64,000 nt of DNA from Mobula hypostoma (Eukaryota), in the NCBI RefSeq assembly GCF_963921235.1, contig NC_086115.1:17422001-17486000 (forward strand), in the 5' to 3' direction. The translations under genes and the position numbers were made by a program. Positions 24,409 to 36,000 of the stretch are shown here, one piece after another. The notes under the pieces are model-generated. The model had not been told where the DNA came from and made no database searches. It worked only from the letters and a program-made list of their open reading frames with translations. How positions within the stretch are numbered: the stretch's first letter is position 1; the number at the start of each line of letters is the position of its first letter.

Positions 24409-25997
24409 AATGTAATGCGGAGGTTTCATAAGACATTGGCCAGTCTGCACGGAGTAATGTGAGCAGTTTTGAGCCCCATATTTAAAAAAAGACGTATTGA
24501 CATCGGAGAGGGATCAGAGGAGGTTCACTAGAATGATTCTGTGAACGAAAGATTTATCATATGAGGAGCGTTTGATGGTTCTGAGCGTTTACTCATTGGA
24601 ATTTAGAAGAATGTGGGGAGGGGGTATCTCATTGAAACCTTTTGAATGTTGAAACGCTTAGATAGAGTGGATGTGGAGAGGTGGGGGAATCTGGAACCAG
24701 AGGACACAGCCCCAGAATAGAAGGACGCTCATTTAGAACGGAAATGAGGAGGAATTTCTTTGATATACTTGCGACAAATAAAGCTAATGTTTATCTTTAT
24801 ACTTCCCTCCAGTCCTTCCGGAGTTAACCGGCCCTCCGCTGGGGAAGTAGGTCTTCCTTCTTCATGCTGCCAGGGATCCTCATTACCTCGTAATCTTCCA
24901 TAAGTTCTTCCCTCAGAATATTGGCTTCAAAGATCTCTCTTACTAAGTGCAACCCTCCGGAAGCAGCCACGTCCAGTGAGATCCCCCAGCACTCTCTCCA
25001 GAGTGTCCCATCCTTCCCGTAATGTGGTGATCGGAGTCACAGAGCACTACATCACAAAAACAGGCCCTTCCAGCCCATCTGGTCAGAGCCAAACTGTTAC
25101 TCTGCTAAATCCCATCGACCTGTAACCAGACCATAGCCTTCCATACCCCTCCTATCCATGTAGATATCCAAAATTCTCCTAAATGTTGAAACCAAACCTA
25201 CACCTATCGCTTGTGGAAGTATGGTATGCTGGCAGCTCGCTCCATGCTCTCAGCATTCCTTGAGTGAAGAAGTCTCCCCTCAAGTTCTCCTTAAACATTT
25301 CGCCTTTCACCCTTAAATCATGGTCGGTCGTTCTAGTCTTACCCAACCTCGATGGAAAAAAGCCTGCTTGTATTTACCCTGTTTATACCCCCTCATAAAT
25401 TTATCGACCTCTTTCACGTCTCCCCTCATTCTCCCACGCTCCAGGGAATGACGTCATAATCTGTTCAGCCTTTCCTCATAACTCAGGTCCTCAAGTCCCG
25501 GCAACATCCATGGAAATTTTCTCTGTACACTTTCAATATTATTGGTATCTTTCCTGTAGGCAGGTGTTCAGAGGGGCACAAAATACTCTCAACCAGTCCT
25601 CACCAGTGTCTGACTCAACTGCAGTATAACATTCCAACTCCTGTACTCAGTACTTTGATTTATGAAGCCAACAGCTCTCTTTACAACCACATCCAACTGT
25701 GATACCACTTCCATTGAAATTTTGAACTGTTCATACAATTGTAGCATGACCGTCCCCTGCCTCTTGTATTTCGTACCTGCCGCTGTTCCCTGCCCACTTT
25801 CTCAACCACCTCATGCCCTTCAGAGAGCATGGGCGTGCCCCCCGAGATGCCTCATCTCCACCACGTTTCCTCCTGTCCGCTTGCCGCTGCTGTGACCAGA
25901 CGGGCTGCTGCGTCGGTGAGGCAAACCCTGTCCGCCAGTGGCGGCTGCCGGCGCTCACGGGGAGGGGGGGTACGAAACAGTACAGACAGAGACTCAC

Positions 25998-26150
25998 CTC
26001 TCACGGCTTTCAGTCCTGAGCGGGGCGCGGCTGCTCTTATACGGTCACTTGTGGCCCGCGGCGTGCGAAGGGCGCAGCTGGATGCTGAGAACGCCGAGCG
26101 TGAAATCCAGATGCTCGGCTCGGTCTTTCCAACAAGGTCAGCTGATAATG
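25998..26150 (-). promoter_or_regulatory. Putative lipase promoter and short non-coding first exon: TATAAGAG (26041-26034), donor GAG|GTGAGT at 25998, PTF1-like E-box plus TC-box (26080-26062), NR5A site CAAGGTCA (26133-26140), GATA site TGATAA (26143-26148)
   Basis: Motif cluster read from the sequence; the ATG exon starts directly after an acceptor, so an upstream non-coding exon is required. Confidence 0.65.
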
Positions 26151-26827
26151 GGGAGAAAAACAAGCCTGGACCTTGGACCATAAACCAAGCTTTGACTCTT
26201 TGTAACCAGCTTGGGTTTCATCTCCTACAAATCTCCATGACACCTGAGTAAATCTGTGGAGTGGTGATCTCTCCTAACATGTCGGGGTTGATGGACGGGT
26301 CTGAGGCCTCCGTCGGTCAAAGTTGACCGTAGATATTGCGACCTAGCTGTCTAGATACACAAGTGTAGGCAGCACTATACGGAGAGCAAGGCCATCCCCA
26401 GCCCCTCCCCATGCACCTGATGAACCCAAGTGAACGGCAGAGACTGATACAGTTTGGTACCAGCAGCGTCACAGGAGTTGCCAGTCAGCGTTGAACTCAA
26501 GGTAGGACTTCTTTAGGGACTCCAGCTCCGGATTTTCCCCTCCGGGTTTACTCCCGAAGCCTTCCCCATGAGTGGGTATAGCCGCAAGGCGGCGGAGGTT
26601 TGAGATCAGAGTTTTCCTTCTCCTAGATGAACTGCCGACCACGGCTGATGAGCTCCATCTGTCCGAAGCGACTGGTTTTAAGGCTCCAGCAACCCGCCTT
26701 TGCCCTTTTTCCTGTCAGTAGAAGTAGTTCAGACAGGCTTAGTAGCTAAGCCCCACGTGAAGGCCAGGAGCTGGTTGTCAGAGGCTACTTCAGGCGTACA
26801 TCACTGGGAACATTTAATAGGTAGTGG

Positions 26828-27410
26828 TGTCGTAGTGGATCGACCCGATGCAAAGAAAACAGTACCACAAGTACACTAACACACGCAACTCTTTTTCAAA
26901 CTTTTACTCTTTATTTACAGCATGTTGTGGGGGAAGTTACAGACTGATCTCTCAAAGAGCCAGTCCAGACATTGCCCCCGAATTACACAATTCTCCACAA
27001 TTTATAACATTCATCAGGTAGCAGGAAATCTTACAAGTTTAGACAATATTAGAATCATTTCAATCACATGCCAAGATACAATTAGATGTAAAATGATCAT
27101 TGGTCAGTTAGTTATAATTATTTTAAGCCAAAGCTAGCCCATCAGTTCCTCATTCAGACACCTTCCCCTTTTCTCTGGAACATTCTAACCCCTACACGAT
27201 TCTTCCCATATTTAGCTATACCTTGAGCTGCTTCTGCAAGATCAGATAATTCCTCATTTGAACCCTTGCCTATCTTTAGGGAACAATGGCTAGTACGTCA
27301 TCTGTTGCTGGGTAAAGTTTCTTTCTGACTTGTCCCAGCGACAGTATTGATCACTAGCCAATCATTGTTCTTAGTCTATACCCCTATTTACCTATCCCCC
27401 TACTCCACCA
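26828..27410 (-). mobile_element. Solo LTR (583 bp)
   Basis: TG...CA ends; 4-bp TSD GTGG (26824-26827 and 27411-27414); on the minus strand TATAAA (27006-27001) followed by AATAAA (26915-26910). Confidence 0.75.
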
Positions 27411-29438
27411 GTGGGAGCTTGTTCCCATTACTACCCCGCTCCTCCAGCTTTAACAACTTCAAGGATGGAGGAGTGCTGTTAGTAATATCACCGTGACATG
27501 AGGTATAACTCTGAGCTATGGGAGTTTCCTGCCCCGTGTGATATAGCGGGGTTCCCTGTCCCTGTCAGATGCACGTGGTTACTCTATCCATGCGATTCAC
27601 TGTAGTCTCCTTGTGCAATGTACAGGGGTTGCACATCCCCTTTGTGATACATTGCTCCACCTTATTCCTGTATTGTTAAATTAAATTCAAAGATTCCAAG
27701 CTTCAAAGCACATTAATCATCAAAGAACATATAAATTATACATCCTTGAGATTTGTCTGCTTACACGGAGCAAGAAACCCGAAAAGAACCCATTTGTAAA
27801 ACAAAGAAAGACCAATCCCCAATATGCAGAGAAAGAGAGACAAAAAAGGACAGATCGTGCAGACGTTAGAAGCGAGCAACAACAACAGCAACATGGAATT
27901 CTTAGATCCGAATCCCTGGAGCAGCCCAGAGTCGGCACAAAGCCTCAGTATTCAGTTCGGTGTGCTAGCGGGACAAATCACTGCGAAGTTCGCAGACACG
28001 AAGCACGGCAGCCGGGGTCTGTCTCATAGCCCCAGTGTCGCGGAGAGAGGAGTGAAAATTGGTTCATTATTGTCATATGCAGTGAGGTGAAGTGAAAAAA
28101 CTTGGTTTTGCTTTCGTTACATCAGTACAGTATATTGACGCAGTACGAGAGGAAACAATAACAGAATGCAGAATAAAGTATTACAGTGACAGGGAAAAAG
28201 CAGCGTGGGCGGACAATAAGGTGCAGGGCACAACGAGGTACTTCTGGCAGCTTGGTGCTACTGCAGTTGGTGGTGATGTCTCATATTTCAGGAACCCAAG
28301 TTTGATGCCAACCCCAGGTCCAAACAGTACCTCAGTGGCAGAGCTGGCGGAAGATGATGACACATCACAGCGGCAGTGAAGGTGGAGACTCCATTAAGAG
28401 AATAAACCCTTAGCGGAACATGATCCTCGGCTCGGGTGGTTTCACAGCTGCTACTCAGGTGCTGTCCATGTGGAGTTTGCCTGCTCTGATGGTGACGTCG
28501 CGGAATCTACTTATGCTCTGGATTTCTCCAACATCTCAACAATGTACTTTATTTAAAGGGTTGTGCACTTTACCACAGAGTGGGTTATAGTGGCAAGAAT
28601 AAGTGTTTAATATAAGTATAGCGACAGTAGATGTAATAGTACAAATTATATTCAGTTTTATTGTCAAATTGAAAGTCAAGTTTATTACCATATACACAAG
28701 CCCATACGTGGAAAGATGCAATAGAAAGGTTATGTGCACCGGCATCACAGGCACGCACGTCATATAAACTGCATTCACAAGAAAATATGAATGTAACATA
28801 AATTATATACAATATTTACACAATTAGAATGAGTTCCTTCAGCACTTGGAGTTGCTTTATAAAAAAGCCTATTTTAGTGCAAAGTGATGAAAGTGGTCAC
28901 ACGGCTCCTAAATGAACCGAATAGTTGAAGAGAAGTATTTTTCTTTGAACTTGGTGGACTTAAGACTTCGCTACCTCGCGCAGAATGCTAGCTGCGAGAA
29001 TAAGGCATGGCCGAAATGGTGGGGACTTTTGATGATATTTGTTGCCGAGGTTTCTAACAACTTGCAACTGGGATGCGCAACACAGTTGAGATACTTTAGC
29101 CTATCTGCTCAAAATCCCCAACACAATTTGATATTCTAGGATTCTCATCACTCTGAGATACACTGAATCAGAATCAGATTTATTATTATTGACATGCCAT
29201 GAAATCTGTTTTTTTAAACAATGATTTCCCCTATTTGTATATTATTGGTGAACTTTTCCTGACCTTGTCCATGACGAAGTTCTGACATGGGGGCCTGTCC
29301 CTTTAATTGATCTTCAAACTGTAAAGGAAATTCGTATCGCCTTAAGTGTCGTAAAGAGTAGCTGGGAACTGTGCCAGCACTACCGTAAAGTGAGAGCCCA
29401 CTTCTATAAGTGCGGTCGGGTGTCGTAAAAAGCGGCAG

Positions 29439-30040
29439 ATGGTGAAAATGGCGGCGGTGCCGGAGCCGCCGAGTGACGGGCCGAGCCCGAGTCCCGCTGT
29501 CTCCGCGGCGCCCACCTCTACCCCGACTCCCACCCCGGCCCCCGCCGTCGCCGCTGCTTCTCCGGCGCCCTCGCCGTCGCCCAGCCCGTCGCCAACGCTG
29601 GCGGTGAAGACGGAGACGGCGGAGAGCCCGGGGGAGGGAGGCAGGCCGGCGGCGGGTCCCGGCCCCGAGCTCAGCGAGCGCCAGACCTTGCTCGCCGTGC
29701 TCCAGTTCCTGAAGAAGAACCGCTTCCGCGAGGCCGAGGAGACGCTGCGGCGGGAGGCCAGCGTGCAGGAGGCGCTGGACGATGCGATGAGAACGGCCGG
29801 TCCCCGCGGCCCCGATTCAGTGCACCAGCCCGACGTCAGTTCGGTGCTGTCGGCCTACAGCAACCAGGGAGACCCCAGCCTCTACGAGGAGTACTACAGC
29901 GGCCTGAAGGCTTTCATCGAGGCGGCGCTGGACGCGCTGAAAGCCGAACTGGCCAGCTTGCTGTACCCGGTGTTCGTGCATCTGTACCTGGAGCTGGTCT
30001 ACAACGAGCACGAACGTGAGGCCCGGCACTTCTTCCAGAG
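29439..30040 (+). CDS. TAF5: TAF5 coding exon 1
   Basis: ORF 29439; donor AG|gtcagc; CpG island. Confidence 0.93.
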
Positions 30041-33000
30041 GTCAGCATAGCGTCAATGTGTTACAAACCCCTTGCTCGGAGCCCAAGCACGTCTGACACT
30101 TGTCTCACAGGACAACAATGGTGTGTGAAACACTGTCAGCGTGTAAACCCATTCCTGGGACCCAAACAAGTCTTGACACTTCAATAGCTCAGCTCTCGTA
30201 CACAGTCTCACGGTGCGGTGTGTGGAACACCGTGTCAGTGTTTGAACTCCTTACCGAGCATGAGTGCAGCTCAGCAACACAACGTCACGGGTCAATGATA
30301 GTGCACAAAACAGTTTTCTGGAGGAACCCATCGGGTCGAGCAGCATCTGTGAGGGGAAAGCAATTGTCCATAGTTCAGGCTGAAACCCTGCACAAGGACA
30401 GACAGGGTCCTGATGTAAGGCTTCAACCCAAAACAATCTGATATAGTGCATGGCACAGTGTGATGGGTAAATAGCATAGTGTTAATGTATGGACCCTTGT
30501 GGCTGAAGCAGAAAGAGGAGGCATAGTATTTGTTCCACATTGAGAGTTAATGTAGTCTGGTATCTGTGTTGCATGTCTGCTTCTGTGTGGGGGTACAGAG
30601 GCAGCTGGGAGTAGTTTCCAGCCAAGAACCCCTCCTGTGACTGGATCAGCCCTTGCTCTGAATACACACAGTGCTGGAGAAACTCAGGCCAGGCAACGTC
30701 TATAGGGGGTTGACGTTTCGGGCTGAGACCCTTCAACGGGACTGGTAAAGAAGGGGGAGGATGCCAGAATGAGAAAGTTGAGGGAGGGGAAGGACTACAA
30801 GCTGGCAGGTGATAGATGAATCATAGACACAAGAGATTGTGCAGATGCTGGAAATGCAGAGCAACATACACTCACAAAATGCTGGAGGGACTCGGCAGGT
30901 CACATAACATCTATGGAAATGACGTTTGAGGCCAAGACCCTTCATCAGGACTCTTGATGCTGCCTGACCTGCTGAGTTCATCCAGCATTTTGTATGTGTT
31001 ACTAAGGTGGTGGGGAAAGGCAGGTAGGTGAGGGACGGGGAGATGAAGTGAGAAGCTGGGAGATGATAGGTGGAAATTATATCTGGTAGCTAACTTTAAA
31101 GGTTTCCCTGTGCTTTTGCACTCCACAGTATGAAATTCCAGAAGTGGAATATCAGGGCCCCCGTGGACAATGTCATCTGTCGCAGTCCTCAATACCACTC
31201 AGTTATTGGTCAGCGTCTCTTATGTAAGCATATGCAAAATAGAGATGGTTCCATTTCTAAATGGGTAATCTGATATTACGGGAGCAAGTGAGGCGGTTTC
31301 AGTTACACCTCATTTAGGAAACTTTTGGGAAGGACAATGGTTTTAAAGGAATCTATATGAAGGTGTGTCACTCATGGGCTACCACCAAATTGCCCCAGTT
31401 CCTATCCCTTTCTTTGTTAATTGGTTCTGTTACACTGCAGCATTAATGAGCCGTGATTTCACGCAGTGCGCAACCTGGCAAGGTTACGTTTCCTACAGGA
31501 GAATGCCTATTCCACCCCATTCTCGATTTTTCGAGACAGTTTTGGGCAGGGTGGAGATGCGTCTCTACCAAAGGAGGTGTAAGGCGCTCCTTCCCTCTGC
31601 TAGTCTGCGGGTCAACTTTGGGAAAGGTGTAGCCCCTGCTTAAACCCCCCCCCCAACTGATCAGGGTCACCGGGCAGACAGTCTCTGAAAAGTATTGATT
31701 ATGGCTGGAGTCACCCATCTTCTAAAGGCACTGCCTAGAAGAAGGGAATGGCGAACCATTTCTGTAGAAAAATTTGCTGAGAACAATCATGGTTGTGGAG
31801 ACCATGATCTCCCAGGTCATGATGATGAACATTGAGAGGGGGGCCTGGCAGAGAAGCGTGTTCTTAAGTGAATCTGTTGGCTATTTTAGTAAGATTGGGC
31901 ATGCTTATCAAATAGAGTTAGATTAGTGTATACCCACTGGAGTCTGGAACAATGAGCAATAATGGGACACAATATTGCCGCCTTTTGCACAATGGTTGTT
32001 GTCACTACTTATATATGTATCTTTATAAATGCAACATGGAATGGGCCCTTCCGACCCAGCGAGCTATGCCGCCCAGCGACCCGCATGTTTAACCCTAGCC
32101 GAATCCCAGGACAGTTTATAATAACCAGTTAACCTACTAGCCGGTACGTCTTTGGTGTGTGGGAGGAATCTGGAGCACTCTGGTGAAATCCCTTGAATCA
32201 CAGGGAAAATGTACAAACTTCTTACAGACAGCGTCGGAATTGAAATCAGAACTCCAATGCCCCGAGCTGTAATAGCGTCATGCTACTGTGGCGCCTCGTG
32301 TATAGTTTTTCATAAATTTTGTTGTATTTCTTTATTTTCCTTAATTATCTTGGAAATGAGTCTGTAGGTTGTGGAATCAGTTCAGAGTTGTGGTGAGTGA
32401 AGTTGTCCCTGCCGGTTCAGGACCCTGATGTTTGTAGTTTAATAATTGTTCCTGACGCTGGTGGTCAGAAGAGAGCATGGCCCGGATGATGGGGCTGTTG
32501 ATTGCTGCTTTCTTGCTTAGTGCTCCTTGTAAATGCACTATTAACCTGTGACATGGTTTATTGCAGGTACCATGGAGATCAGGAAGGTTACTACCAGGAT
32601 GACCTGCGAGTGCTGGCTGGGCTATCCAAGAAAGAACACATGCAGGGTAACGAGACGGTCCTAGACTTCCGCACCAGCAAGTTTGTGCTGCGCATCTCGC
32701 GCGACTCCTACCAGTGCCTGAAACGCCACCTGCAGGAGAGGCACAACAACCAGATCTGGAACATCGTGCAGGAGCACCTGTTCATCGACGTCTTTGACGG
32801 CATGCCCAGGAGCAAGCAGCAGATTGAGTTAACGTCTGGAGGAATGGCAGGCGAGGCCAAGAGGGAGGCCAATAAAACCAAGGTGGGCACTTGGTAGTCT
32901 TCATTCTTCGTGGGATCAGTAGGGAGTTCCGGACCTGAGTTCCCATTCTCTGGAGAGCCAGTGGTGAATTCTAGGCCCGTTCCCGTTCTCTTGAGGGTCA

Positions 33001-36000
33001 GTAGAAATGTGAACGTAGGAGGTTTGATTAGTAAGTTTGTGGATGTTACATATAGATCAGATGGAAAGTGGGTCAGAGCACCAGCAGATTGAATTTATTC
33101 CCAACAAGTGTACTTTGGGAAGTCAGATGGGATAGGATGTATACAGTAAATGATTGAGCATTAAAGTGTTGAATAGTGGGAGCTTGGGGTTCAAATCTTA
33201 ATTCTCTTGAAAGTGGCATCATAAGCAGATAGATAGGATGCTAAAGAAGGCATATGTCATACTTGCATTCGTAGGCTGGGGCACAGAATGCCAAAGATGG
33301 GAAGTTGTACTGCAACACGTAAAACACTAGAGTATTGTCGTTCTGGTCACCGTGCTGTAGCTAGGATCTTGTTGTAGTGGAGAGAGTGCAGAGGCGTTTC
33401 ACCAGGATGTTGCCTGGATTGGAGCACTCCAGTTACTGGAAGGGGTTTGATAGGTTGGGATTATTTTCCCTGGAGCAAAGGAGGCTAATGGACAACCAGA
33501 CCTTTATACTGTTCTAAAAGGTTATAGAACAGTACAGTACGGCCCATGATGTCGTACCAGCCTTTTAACCAACTCTAGGATCAATCTAACCCTTTCTTCC
33601 CATGTAGCCCTCCATTTTTCTATCGTCCATGTGCCTATCTTATTGTAGGATAGATCCTCTCAAAAACAGAGAGTATCAAAAACAAGAGGATCCAAGGTTA
33701 GAGATTTAAAGGATACATTTTTTAGTGTGACTGATAATTGGAACGTGCTGTCAGGGGAGGTGGAATCTGATACAATTGCTCAGTTTAAGAGGTTTTTAAG
33801 CGGGCAAGGCAGAGAAGTAAATGGGGCTACTGCAGGCAAATGGGATTAATATAGATGGCTGAATAGGTTGGCATGGACGTGATGGGGCCTGTTTCAGTGC
33901 TGTACTACTCTGACATCGGATCCTAGTTGCCATTCTTTACAAGATTGGTGGGGCTTTGGTTTCCATCTAGGGGAATGGCAACTAACTGAAGCAGGGGGAA
34001 GGGAGCATGTAGGGGTTTCTCTGAATTTTGCTACTCTTGTGTGTTTTTCCAGTGTTCTGTGTTTTCATTTGCCGTTGTTGTGTTACTAACCTTGAGCACC
34101 CAGAGTGAGGAGCTACAGTCTAGTACTGTGCATCCAGTGGGGAACAGGAGGTGGCACCAAGATAACTTGCCAAAATCTTGACAGGTGTTCTTCGGGCTGT
34201 TGAAGGAGCCTGAGATTGAGCTGCCTCTCGATGACGAAGATGAGGAAGGAGAAAATGAGGAGGGGAAACCGAAGAAGAAGAAGCCAAAAAAGGACAGTCT
34301 AGGAGCAAAGAGCAAGAAGCAGGACCCCAATGCCCCTCCACAGAACAGGTCTGACAATTACACCCCTCAGTTGCAGCTGATCGAGCAGTTATGGTCCTGT
34401 CAGGATGATGTTTCGCTGTAACAGATGAGCCACTCTCCTCGGTCTATCGGAATTTGTCCTTACTCTTAATAATTTCTCCTTTGGCTCCTCCCACTTCCTC
34501 CAAACTAAAGGTGTAGCTATGGGCACCCGTATGGGTCCCAGCTATGCCTACCTTTTTGTTGGTTTTGTGGAACAATCCATGTTTCAAGCCTATACTGGTA
34601 TCTGTTCCCCACTTTTCCTCCGCTACATCGACAACTGCATTGGCGCTGCTTCCTGCACGCATGCTAAGCTCGTTGACTTCCTTAACTTTGCCTCCAACTT
34701 TCACTCTGCCCTCAAGTTTACCTGGTTCATTTCCGACACCTCTCTCTCCTTTCTTGATCTTTCTGTTTCTGTCTCTATCTCTGGAGACAGCTTATCTACT
34801 GATGTCTACTACAAGCCTACAGACTCTCACAGCTACCTGGACTATTCCTCTTCCCACCCTGTCTCTTGCAAAAATGCCATCCCCTTCTCGTAATTCCTCC
34901 ATCTCCGCCGTGTCTGCTCTCAGGGTGAGGCTTTTCATTCCAGGACGAAGGAAATACCCTTTTTTAAAGAAAGGGGTTTCCCTTCCTCCACCATCAACTC
35001 TGCTCTCAAACACATCTCTCCCATTTCACGCACATCTGCTCTCACTCCATCTTCCCACCACCCCACTAGGAATAGGGTTCCCCTGGTCCTCACCTACCAC
35101 CCCACCAGCCTCCGGGTCCAACATATAATTCTCCATAACTTCCGCCACCTCCAATAGAATCCCACCACCAAGCACATCTTTCCCTCCCCCACTTTTTGCT
35201 TTCCGCAGGGATCGCTCCCTACGCGACTCCCTTGTCCATTCGTCCCCCCCATCCCTTCCCATCGATCTCCCTCCCGGCACTTATCCTTGTAAGAGGAACA
35301 AGTGCTACACATGCCCTTACACTTCCTCCCTTACCACCATTCAGGGCTCCAGACAGTCCTTCCAGGTGAGGTCACACTTCACCTGTGAGTCGGCTGGGGT
35401 GATATACTGCGTCCGGTGCTCCGATGCGGCCTTCTATATATTGGCAAGACCCGACGCAGACTGGGAGACCGTTTCGCTGAACACCTACACTCTGTCCGCC
35501 AGAGAAAGCAGAATCTCCCCGTGGCCACACATTTTAGTTCCACGTCCCATTCCCATTCTGATATGTCTATCCGCAGCCTCCTCTACTGTAAAGATGAAGC
35601 CACACTCAGGTTGGAGGAACAACATCTTATATTCCGTCTGGGTAGCCTCCAACCTGATGGCATGAACATTGACTTCTCTAACTTCCGTTAATGCCCCATC
35701 TCCCCTTCGTGCCCCACCTGTTATTTATTTATTATTCATTCATTCTTTCCCCACTTTTTTCCTCTGTTTTTTTCCTCCCTCTGTCCCTCACACTATAACT
35801 CCTTGCCCATCCTCTGGGTTTCCCCCCACCTTTCTTTCTCCCTTGGCCTTCCGCCCCATGATCCTCTCCCTTCTCCGGCCTGGTATCCCTTTTGCCAATC
35901 AGCTTTCCAGCTCTTAGCTCCATCCCTCCCCCTCCTGTCTTCTTCTATCACTTTGGATCTCCCCCTCCCACTTTCAAATCTCTTGCTATCTCTTCTTTCA

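Larger units (their letters stand above)
23085..24745 (+). mobile_element. Degenerate CR1 RT fragments (two overlapping pieces)
   Basis: [11 protein letters not shown] and FAD.TKIGG motifs with frameshifts. Confidence 0.8.

Noticed and set aside
25731-26251. Overlapping ORFs up to 140 aa
   Set aside because: GC-rich lipase promoter region; no homology recognised
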